Part shown: in pieces, positions 7,746 to 15,407 of the stretch | Position numbering within the stretch: the first letter of the stretch is position 1 | Layout of the letters: the number at the start of each line of letters is the position of its first letter | Sequence record: ON602751.1 | Length of the DNA: 24,000 nt | Direction: 5' to 3' (one strand) | Origin: Klebsiella phage VLCpiP4b | Notes under the pieces: generated by a model | Databases searched by the model: none | Told to the model about the DNA's origin: nothing | What the model saw: the letters and a program-made list of their open reading frames with translations, nothing else | Made by a program: the position numbers and the translations under genes

Positions 7746-7767
7746 AAGCCCGCTTAACCGTGGGCTT
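7746..7767 (+). terminator. Rho-independent terminator
   Basis: AAGCCCGC-ttaacc-GTGGGCTT (one G.U) followed by TTTT..ATTT. Confidence 0.85.
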
Positions 7768-7786
7768 TTTTATTTGGAGTAACTGC

Positions 7787-8095
7787 ATGACTTTACAAAA
7801 AGGCTTTACAGTGTATGACCTAAGCAAGTTGGAGTTACTTTGGTCTGCTAGAATGCCTGGCAAAAGTACTTTAGTTGATATATATGACTCCCTTGCTGAA
7901 CTGAGAGTAGATTCTCGTTCACCATTAGAAACTAAGGTGGATGATATAATCAAAACATACTGGTCTTCAGAAGGGAGTAAGGCATTCCGTGCTGCTTTAG
8001 CTGCCCAAAAATCAAATCCTCGTACTAAGGACATATTCAGAAGTACAAGTACTACTCATACGTTTCCTTGGTACCACAGAAAGCGTAAGTACTGA
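7787..8095 (+). CDS. hypothetical protein, 102 aa
   Basis: ATG at 7787 with SD TTGGAG (ttggagtaactgc); the track start at 7760 lies inside the terminator. Confidence 0.7.
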   Translation: MTLQKGFTVYDLSKLELLWSARMPGKSTLVDIYDSLAELRVDSRSPLETKVDDIIKTYWSSEGSKAFRAALAAQKSNPRTKDIFRSTSTTHTFPWYHRKRKY

Positions 8096-8175
8096 TGAAT
8101 AGAATCCCGTTTTTTAAACCCCGTAAGAAGAAGAAACAGAACCTGTTTCATAAGCAACAAACAAAGGATACCCCG

Positions 8176-9114
8176 ATGATTACAGCTACTATCCTTGCTG
8201 ATAGCATCTCTCCGCAAGGTGTTCGCCTAACTACTATGGAGTTAGTCTATCCTCGTTTTATTCATAGCGAGTTCATGACGCATCGTGTGTTTAACCGTAA
8301 TGCTTCCAGTAGTCGTGCTATTCCTACTACCCGTTTCATTGAACAGGTACGTAGCAACCCAGTACGCCCTATTCACTGGGGCGAGAACCAGAAAGGTATG
8401 TCTGCTGAGAAGGAACTGAGTGAAGACGACAAGGTAGTAGCGGAAGTCATGTGGAACAGTGCTGCTGCTAGTGCTGCATTGTACGCTGATGAGCTACGCC
8501 GTATGCGTGTTCATAAGCAGGTAGTCAACCGTATCCTTGAGCCATTTATGCACATCAAGGTGGTTGTAACTGCTACTCAATGGAACAACTTCTTTGGTCT
8601 TCGTATTCATCCTAATGCCCAACCTGAGATTCAGGAGCTGGCTCGTAAGATGAAAGAAGCCTACGACAACTCTATGACTTTAGAGTTAAAACCAGGAGAA
8701 TGGCACTTACCTTATGTCACTGCTAAAGATACTGTTGATGCTTACAATTATTGCAAATATCAACGAATTACTCGTGATGAACCAAGTAATGAAGAAGTTA
8801 CTGGGTTATTGATTAAAATCAGTGCTGCTCGCTGTGCTCGTGCTTCTTACAACAACTTTGAAGGCAAGCCTTCAGGCATTGAAGAAGACCTGGGTCTGTA
8901 CGCTAAGTTGGTGGAAGACCAACCTATTCATGCAAGTCCTACTGAGCACCAGGCTACTCCAATGGAGTACCGTGAGAAGCTGGTTAACAACATGAACCCA
9001 ACCACCTGGGAACAGGGTGTTAGTCACATGGATAGAGAAGGTAAGCTGTACTCTGGTTCACTTCAAGGTTGGATTCAGTATCGTAAGCTGATTCCTGGCG
9101 AATGCATTAACTGA
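8176..9114 (+). CDS. thyX: flavin-dependent thymidylate synthase, ThyX (312 aa; a 339-aa form starting at 8095 is possible)
   Basis: FMTHRVFNRNASSSRAIPT matches the ThyX motif; QWNNFFGLRIHPNAQPEIQELA and ARCARASYNNFEGK also fit. ATG 8176 has SD AAAGGA, whereas 8095 has a weak SD and adds a Lys-rich leader. Confidence 0.9.
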   Translation: MITATILADSISPQGVRLTTMELVYPRFIHSEFMTHRVFNRNASSSRAIPTTRFIEQVRSNPVRPIHWGENQKGMSAEKELSEDDKVVAEVMWNSAAASAALYADELRRMRVHKQVVNRILEPFMHIKVVVTATQWNNFFGLRIHPNAQPEIQELARKMKEAYDNSMTLELKPGEWHLPYVTAKDTVDAYNYCKYQRITRDEPSNEEVTGLLIKISAARCARASYNNFEGKPSGIEEDLGLYAKLVEDQPIHASPTEHQATPMEYREKLVNNMNPTTWEQGVSHMDREGKLYSGSLQGWIQYRKLIPGECIN

Positions 9115-9161
9115 ACCATTTCTTTGTTTGGTTGGGCATAGACTCAATACACTCCGCTATT

Positions 9162-9179
9162 GACCCACTTAGGTGGGTC
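9162..9179 (+). terminator. Rho-independent terminator
   Basis: GACCCAC-ttag-GTGGGTC followed by TTTTTTTG. Confidence 0.93.
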
Positions 9180-9214
9180 TTTTTTTGATTTTATTCTTTT
9201 GTTCGGGAGGACAA

Positions 9215-9451
9215 ATGTCATACAAACCTAAAAAGTACCGCATCAAAGACCAACCTGTAATTGGCTCTGCTGCCGGGCAAGAGCAACAGAAAGGGGATAT
9301 CGTCTATGAATTCATTGGTTACGATTACGGTCTTTCTCGTGATGACTCTATTGCTACTGGCACTATACACACCTCAGTAACCATCGAGGCTGATGGTAGT
9401 GGCCCGTTTTTCACAGTACCAGTTCATAATCTGGAGGAAATCCATGATTAA
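9215..9451 (+). CDS. hypothetical protein, 78 aa
   Basis: ATG at 9215 with strong SD cgggaggacaa; the track start at 9173 is inside the terminator. Confidence 0.8.
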   Translation: MSYKPKKYRIKDQPVIGSAAGQEQQKGDIVYEFIGYDYGLSRDDSIATGTIHTSVTIEADGSGPFFTVPVHNLEEIHD

Positions 9452-9752
9452 CCCTAACGTAGTACACGCTAAGACAGGTGAATTAGTACCACTATCAGAG
9501 GTAGGCTCTGTGGAAGATATTGCAGCCTGCCCTGCTAACATCGCTGCATTGTGCATGAGCATTGTTGAACACAATCGTCTATGGACTGAACCAACCAAGG
9601 CTATGGTTAATGCCGGTCTGGCAGAAGTACAGCGTATTGCAGAAGAGTGGGATGAAACCTGGGACTTTGATTTATCAGAAGTAACAGACACCCAAGCATC
9701 CGACATGGCTGTATTCGTAGTTCAAGCAATGGCAGGTAAATTAAATGGCTAA
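9444..9752 (+). CDS. hypothetical protein, 102 aa
   Basis: ATG at 9444 with SD ctggaggaaatcc; the track start at 9393 would give a long overlap. Confidence 0.75.
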   Translation: MINPNVVHAKTGELVPLSEVGSVEDIAACPANIAALCMSIVEHNRLWTEPTKAMVNAGLAEVQRIAEEWDETWDFDLSEVTDTQASDMAVFVVQAMAGKLNG

Positions 9753-9945
9753 AGCAAAAGTAACAGCAGAGAGTCGTTATTCCATCCAATTGGATGATTT
9801 AACCTTTCATCAACTCCACTATCTAATGGGTGTTTTCCAAAATAGCCCAATGGATTATACCAACCCTAATGACGAACCAAGTTACGAATCTGACTTACGG
9901 CGGGCCATATTTACAGCCTGTAAAGACGTGCTAGGTAACCAATAA
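9745..9945 (+). CDS. hypothetical protein, 66 aa
   Basis: ATG with SD ggcaggtaaatta; short overlap with the previous CDS. Confidence 0.7.
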   Translation: MAKAKVTAESRYSIQLDDLTFHQLHYLMGVFQNSPMDYTNPNDEPSYESDLRRAIFTACKDVLGNQ

Positions 9946-9977
9946 ACCAACCCAAATAACATTTACTGGAGAGTAAA

Positions 9978-12494
9978 ATGCAAGTAGCTGATATTACAGA
10001 ACTGGCCTCATCTGCAACGTTAGGTGCAGGCAAAGCACAACGTATGAGCATGGCAGAAGACCCAGCTCTGTATCTCACAATGATTATTAGTCTTTACCCT
10101 AACGTAAAGCTGGCATTCATCCGTGAGACCATCTGCAACCAATGGGATGCTCATATTGCTTCAGGGCGTACCGACACGCCTATCAAGATTACTATCGACC
10201 GTGACTTGATGCTGACCTTCCGTGACTTCGGTTACGGTATTCCAATTGAGAAGATGGATAGCACCTACAACACATTGGGTGGTTCCACTAAGCGTCACAG
10301 CACAGCAGAAACTGGTGGATTTGGTTTAGGCTGTAAATCCCCTATTGCTTACGCTGAGTCGTTTAAAGTAGTAACAATGCATAATGGAACCAAGGGAATC
10401 TATAACATGGTTCGTTCCTCTGTAGAGACGGATGGTTTCCCTGGACTGGTTCCAATTATGCAGCTTCCTACAGAAGAGTCTGGTCTGGAGGTTAGCATTC
10501 AATTGCGTAAAGAAGATGTAGCAGAGATTGTTGGCTACATTCGTTCTGTAGTCCATAACGGTAGTATGTTATGTCGTTTTATCTGTGATGCACCGGAACA
10601 AGAGTACGACGGTATTTTACCAAGACTGGATATGTCATTTGAACCAGGTTCATATAACGTAGATAGTCAAAGCTGGTATCAGCGTCACATGGGTAACCAT
10701 GCTGTTTATATCCGCTATGGTAACGTTGTATACCCTGCACTGGAAACGCCTGCCACAGAGCGTGCCATTGGGCTTATTAACAACTTCCTGAGCATCATTG
10801 GACATCCTCGTATTCTGGTTCAAGCAAAACCATCCAGCCTAGCTGTAGCACCTAGTCGTGAGACCCTGTCATCTCAGCAAATGACAGAGAATGGCATCAC
10901 TGACCTGGTAGTAGGTCTGGTGGATAAACTGGAAGCTGACATTAAAGCACGTATTCCTGCTGCTATTCAGCAAATTATTGATGGAATTAAGAACGACAGT
11001 ACGGATGATTTTAGAATCAGTCAGTACATGGATTATATCTATAACTACGTGTCTGACAAAATGGTAAGGGGTTACATGAACTCTTCCCTGTGGGAAAAGC
11101 AACGTAACCACTGGTTACCACAATTCCAGAATATGGAATTAGACCGTCATAGTAATATGGATGTATTTAGCGGTAATCCTAAGTTACGAGCTAAATTCCG
11201 TAAAATACTGAAGCTGTGTAAGTACAACAACGCAGGAAGAAAGCTGTTCCATCGCTTCTGCTATGATTACGGTATCAAGCCATTACTTAAAGAATTAGCT
11301 AAACTGGGTCACCATAAAAACGTGCGTATACTTATGCCAACTGGTGGTGGTTATTATACGTATAAGGAGTCTTTCAATAGGGTCTGTTTTTCACATGGTA
11401 TAGATGTAATGTGCCTAATGAAAAACAAAAAGGCTTTCATTAGTACCCGTGCTAACGATGTAGGTTACAGCATTAGCCACTATCCTCCCTTTGCTAAAGT
11501 ATTTAGCTCGGAGGATGACCCTAGCACTGCCATTTGTATTGCTATTAAGGTGGGAACCAGGAAAGGTGAAGCTGAGGCTGTTGCTGAAAAGTTTACTAAA
11601 GCTGGTTGGGATACAGTTAACCTTGCTGAGAAATTTGACTGGGACCCGGTTGTTAAAAGTAATCGTATGATTGCTGAACAAAAGCGTAAGATTAAAGCTA
11701 AACAAGCTGCTCTAACTCCAGAGCAGGCTAAGAAAAAGGATTCTCAACGCCCTAATCGTCTAATCTGCATTCGTGCAGTGAAAGATGGTAAATATATAAG
11801 TGGTGGTAATGCTCACCCTCACTATGGCGAACGTCACGTGGACGTAGCAAAACCTGTCTATTACTGCATGGCTGACCATGTTAGCAGCTGGAGAAAGTTA
11901 GTATCTGGTCTTACTCCTTATGACTTAATCCCAGAAGATATCAAGGATGTTACCATAGTTTGCCGTAACAAAATTGAGATGAATAAAGCCATAAAATTAG
12001 GTGCTGTTCATATAGATGAGTGGGCTAAAGCTAAATTCCTGGGAGTAATTAAATCTAAGGAATTTATCAAGTACGCCACTAAAGAACGGCGGATGATAAT
12101 CCCAGCTCTAAATATACATTCCTCTGATATTGAGCTTATGCGTTTGTTGGGTATTAAGGTACCTGGGTATGACAAGTTAAAATTTAATCGTGAATACGAG
12201 CAGATTTTAGGTGTCATTGACGCGGGATATCTAAATCCTACACTTCGTCAGTGGGTAAATGACGGCGTTATTACGGAAGACGAGAAGGATGCATTATATG
12301 ATATGACTAATGGTATATCATTTGTTAACCGTAAGCTTTTCCGTACCTACTTTAAGTTTACCAAAGAGGGTATGCTAGGTATCGGCTATGTCAATACTTC
12401 TGATTTGGTTAAAGCAATCAAAGAACATCCTGAGCTTATCCCAGCTATCCGTACTATCGTTAAACTGACCATCAAACAGAGACTGAACTCATGA
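9978..12494 (+). CDS. rIIA: rIIA-like protein with GHKL-type ATPase N-terminus, 838 aa
   Basis: ETICNQWDAH (N-box-like), LTFRDFGYGI (G1), GGFGLGCKSPIAYA (G2); adjacent to a rIIB-like gene; SD ctggagagtaaa. Confidence 0.85.
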   Translation: MQVADITELASSATLGAGKAQRMSMAEDPALYLTMIISLYPNVKLAFIRETICNQWDAHIASGRTDTPIKITIDRDLMLTFRDFGYGIPIEKMDSTYNTLGGSTKRHSTAETGGFGLGCKSPIAYAESFKVVTMHNGTKGIYNMVRSSVETDGFPGLVPIMQLPTEESGLEVSIQLRKEDVAEIVGYIRSVVHNGSMLCRFICDAPEQEYDGILPRLDMSFEPGSYNVDSQSWYQRHMGNHAVYIRYGNVVYPALETPATERAIGLINNFLSIIGHPRILVQAKPSSLAVAPSRETLSSQQMTENGITDLVVGLVDKLEADIKARIPAAIQQIIDGIKNDSTDDFRISQYMDYIYNYVSDKMVRGYMNSSLWEKQRNHWLPQFQNMELDRHSNMDVFSGNPKLRAKFRKILKLCKYNNAGRKLFHRFCYDYGIKPLLKELAKLGHHKNVRILMPTGGGYYTYKESFNRVCFSHGIDVMCLMKNKKAFISTRANDVGYSISHYPPFAKVFSSEDDPSTAICIAIKVGTRKGEAEAVAEKFTKAGWDTVNLAEKFDWDPVVKSNRMIAEQKRKIKAKQAALTPEQAKKKDSQRPNRLICIRAVKDGKYISGGNAHPHYGERHVDVAKPVYYCMADHVSSWRKLVSGLTPYDLIPEDIKDVTIVCRNKIEMNKAIKLGAVHIDEWAKAKFLGVIKSKEFIKYATKERRMIIPALNIHSSDIELMRLLGIKVPGYDKLKFNREYEQILGVIDAGYLNPTLRQWVNDGVITEDEKDALYDMTNGISFVNRKLFRTYFKFTKEGMLGIGYVNTSDLVKAIKEHPELIPAIRTIVKLTIKQRLNS

Positions 12495-14524
12495 ACTCAA
12501 ACATCGTAGTAATTGTTGCCCTATCTGTAGATAGCGAGCGACTTACCCTTTGGAAACCGGATGGTACTACCATTCATATTCCGCAAGGTGATACTCGCGT
12601 AGCAACTGTTGTTGCTGAAGCTAAAGCTAAAGGATTAGCTCCAGGTAAGCCAGTTAGCGTAGATATCACTATGCACAATGCATCTAAGAAGGAATATGCA
12701 GATGCAGAACAAGGAACCAATGGTCTGGTTCGCTTCTTCCGTGTAGCTAAGAAGAAACTCTCTGAGTTCTTTGCTGACGAGACAGAAGTAAAACCAGCTG
12801 CACCAGTGGAAACTATTTTCCTGGGTAGCACTGCCACTATTGGTGCTAAAGCAATGGATACTTTCCTTGCTGTACGTAACGCTACTCCTGCTGCTGAATC
12901 GGTAGAAGAAGTAGAGCACGTAAGAGGTGGTAGTAAAGCCCTCTGGATTACTGCCCATAACCCAGGAAATCGTGTTGGTGCCATTAAAGCTCTGCGTGAA
13001 TTCGCAGGCATTGGGCTGAAAGAGGCTTCTGACAAGCTGAATGAGCCTTTGCCTATTCGTGTGTATAATTACTTGTCTGAAGACCAAGCTGTTCACTATG
13101 CAGGGCTGCTGGCTAAAGAGGGAGTAGTTACTACTATCCTCAATGTTGGTGATAATCCACCAGCTTTACCGGTAACTGAGTCCAATGCGTCTAAGCTGGA
13201 TGCAGCAGAAGAGAAATTAATGAAACTTGGTGGTATCTCAACTGTTGAGAGCAAGTTTCACGAGCCGCTGGCCGAAGACGAGACCATTGTTGCTGTTGTC
13301 AATAACACTGTAGTACCGGGTGTTGAAGGCATTCAGCGTCAGATTCGTCAGTCAGCAAAACTCAAAGACTTCCGTGGCTTCACCAAGTTCTTAGAGCGAC
13401 TGGCTCCTGTTATTAAGGACCGTCGTCACTCAGTGGAAGACCTGATGCAGTTTATGGAGACGGGTAACCTGCCTATTGCTGATGATGGTTCCATCGTCAT
13501 CTTCAAACGCCTTAACTTTAAACCTAGTGCTAAGCATGTTAAAGCCGAGCGTGTCTATGTTGACGTGCACTCCGGTAACATTGAACAAGCTGTTGGCTCT
13601 AAGGTGCAGGTACGTGAAGACCTGGTAGACCAGAACCGTCGTCAAGACTGCTCACACGGACTGCATGTGGCTACTCAGCAGTACATTACTAGCTTCGGTG
13701 GTAATGTGACCATCATTGGTAAAGTTGCACCAGAAGACGTTTTTGCTGTACCTGAGTACAGTAAAACTAAAATGCGTGTAGCTGCTTACCATATTGTGGA
13801 AGAGCTGCCACCAGTCATTCGTGACCATGTAAACAGTGGTCGTCCTATCGATACCATTCCAGGTGGTGCAGAAATCCTTAACCGGGTTCTGTCAGGTAAA
13901 CATCCACAACCGAACCTTTTAGTTCATGTTGCGGGTCACCGTGGTACCAATCTTACCTACACAGTACTTAATGCTACTCTGGCTGAACCAGAAGTAGAAG
14001 TGGGTACTTACGTAGAGAAGCCTACCATCGACCTGGAAGAGTCACTGGATGTGACTCCAAACACAGCACCGGTAGTAAAAGCTACTGATGTTAAACCCAT
14101 CGAGAAGAAGAAATCCAATATGGAACTTGCTGACGAACTCTGGAATAAATTCCAGAATGCTGAAACCGCTACGGTAGCAGCAGAAGTAGCTGGTGAACTG
14201 ATTGCCCTTAAGGGCAAGATGAAGAAACCTTGGTCTGCACTGGGTCTATCTTCTGACATGGTTCAACAGTTGGCTGATGCTCGCACTAAAATGCCAGTAG
14301 AACGCAAACCGGAACCAGTGAAGAAAGCTGTAGTTTCTACACCGGCTAAGGGGAGCAAACATGCAGATACCATTCGTGGTTATCTGAATGATGCTGGCAT
14401 GAGTGACTACTCTAAGGCACACGCTATCCATGACCTGAAGCGTGCAGCTAAGAAGTCTTATGCAGCACTTGGTTTGAATGAAGATGAAATCAAAGCTATT
14501 GAAAAGCTTAAACATCATCTGTAG
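12491..14524 (+). CDS. rIIB: rIIB-like protein, 677 aa, containing an L7/L12 C-terminal-domain-like segment
   Basis: ATGA overlap with rIIA-like CDS; rIIB-like block LMQFMETGNLPIADDGSIVIFKRLNF...RRQDCSHGLHVATQQYI; internal LWITAHNPGNRVGAIKALREFAGIGLKEASDKLNE segment. Confidence 0.85.
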   Translation: MNSNIVVIVALSVDSERLTLWKPDGTTIHIPQGDTRVATVVAEAKAKGLAPGKPVSVDITMHNASKKEYADAEQGTNGLVRFFRVAKKKLSEFFADETEVKPAAPVETIFLGSTATIGAKAMDTFLAVRNATPAAESVEEVEHVRGGSKALWITAHNPGNRVGAIKALREFAGIGLKEASDKLNEPLPIRVYNYLSEDQAVHYAGLLAKEGVVTTILNVGDNPPALPVTESNASKLDAAEEKLMKLGGISTVESKFHEPLAEDETIVAVVNNTVVPGVEGIQRQIRQSAKLKDFRGFTKFLERLAPVIKDRRHSVEDLMQFMETGNLPIADDGSIVIFKRLNFKPSAKHVKAERVYVDVHSGNIEQAVGSKVQVREDLVDQNRRQDCSHGLHVATQQYITSFGGNVTIIGKVAPEDVFAVPEYSKTKMRVAAYHIVEELPPVIRDHVNSGRPIDTIPGGAEILNRVLSGKHPQPNLLVHVAGHRGTNLTYTVLNATLAEPEVEVGTYVEKPTIDLEESLDVTPNTAPVVKATDVKPIEKKKSNMELADELWNKFQNAETATVAAEVAGELIALKGKMKKPWSALGLSSDMVQQLADARTKMPVERKPEPVKKAVVSTPAKGSKHADTIRGYLNDAGMSDYSKAHAIHDLKRAAKKSYAALGLNEDEIKAIEKLKHHL

Positions 14525-14546
14525 TAGTCTGTAATACACTGTTCAA

Positions 14547-14576
14547 ATACCCTCAGTTGAAATACACTGAGGGTAT
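14547..14576 (+). promoter_or_regulatory. strong intergenic hairpin (weak terminator or regulatory stem-loop)
   Basis: ATACCCTCAGT-tgaaatac-ACTGAGGGTAT perfect 11-bp stem, followed only by CTTTGAAG, and just upstream of the next SD. Confidence 0.65.
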
Positions 14577-14596
14577 CTTTGAAGAGGAATTATACT

Positions 14597-14992
14597 ATGT
14601 CTACTGTATACCGTGCTAACCGCAAAGCCCATGACGATGATATTATCCGAATGAACTCCATCGGATTATCACTCGCTACTATTGCCAAAACTCTTGGCGT
14701 ACATCCAACTACTGTAACTTTACGATTACGCTCTCTGAATATTGAACCTGCTGACACTCGTCGCACGTTCATGGAGAACGTACTTGCACCAATGCCTACT
14801 CACGTAGCGGATTGGTTAGCAGACCAGTTAGGCCCCAAATACGAGATTCGTCAGTATGTACGAGACTTGTTAATGGAGGCTTATCAGAACCGTCATAATC
14901 TTAAGGGTACAGCTCATGAGCGATTCCTCAAACGATACGCTGGTACAGACTCAGAATTGGTTTCTGAAGGCAGTGCCGAGTCCAACTCATAA
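14597..14992 (+). CDS. helix-turn-helix domain protein, 131 aa
   Basis: ATG at 14597 with SD agaggaattatact; HDDDIIRMNSIGLSLATIAKTLGVHPTTVTLRLRSLNI is a clear HTH. Confidence 0.8.
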   Translation: MSTVYRANRKAHDDDIIRMNSIGLSLATIAKTLGVHPTTVTLRLRSLNIEPADTRRTFMENVLAPMPTHVADWLADQLGPKYEIRQYVRDLLMEAYQNRHNLKGTAHERFLKRYAGTDSELVSEGSAESNS

Positions 14993-15371
14993 AAACATCA
15001 CAACCCAGATTGGTTGTCATTTGGAAGAAGTGGAAGAAATGCTTCAAACCATTTATCCAAATGGCAGCTATGATGCAGAATTACTTCAACGCGCACAGGA
15101 TGCCATTACAAATCTGGCAAACCATATGAAGCGTAAAGACAATGCTTATCGCATTGACGCTAGTACCAACCTGCTGGATGCACTGGCAGACCAGATTGTT
15201 ACAGCAACTGGCGTCGGTACTTTCCTTGGGATGAATGTCCCAGGAGCATTGGCTGAAGTTAATCGCTCTAATTACTCAAAGTTCGTAGATGGCAAACCCG
15301 TCTTTAATGAGAACCAGAAAGTAATGAAGGGTCCTGATTACACTCCTCCAGAATTAACTCCATTCATTTAA
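14916..15371 (+). CDS. MazG-like nucleotide pyrophosphohydrolase family protein, 151 aa
   Basis: ATG with SD AAGGG (taagggtacagctc); EEVEEM...LLDALADQIVTATGVGTFLGMNVPGALAEVNRSNYSKFVDGKPVFNENQKVMKGPDYTPPEL resembles phage MazG-like proteins. Overlaps the HTH gene by 77 nt. Confidence 0.7.
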   Translation: MSDSSNDTLVQTQNWFLKAVPSPTHKNITTQIGCHLEEVEEMLQTIYPNGSYDAELLQRAQDAITNLANHMKRKDNAYRIDASTNLLDALADQIVTATGVGTFLGMNVPGALAEVNRSNYSKFVDGKPVFNENQKVMKGPDYTPPELTPFI

Positions 15372-15407
15372 CACTGCCCACGAGGGTAGTCACATGTAGG
15401 AACTTAG

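Noticed and set aside
7732-8034. 100-aa minus-strand ORF
   Set aside because: Runs through the terminator and opposite a better + strand ORF with an SD
12574-13096. Two 153-aa minus-strand ORFs
   Set aside because: They overlap each other and lie antisense to the rIIB-like CDS; low-complexity composition consistent with shadow ORFs
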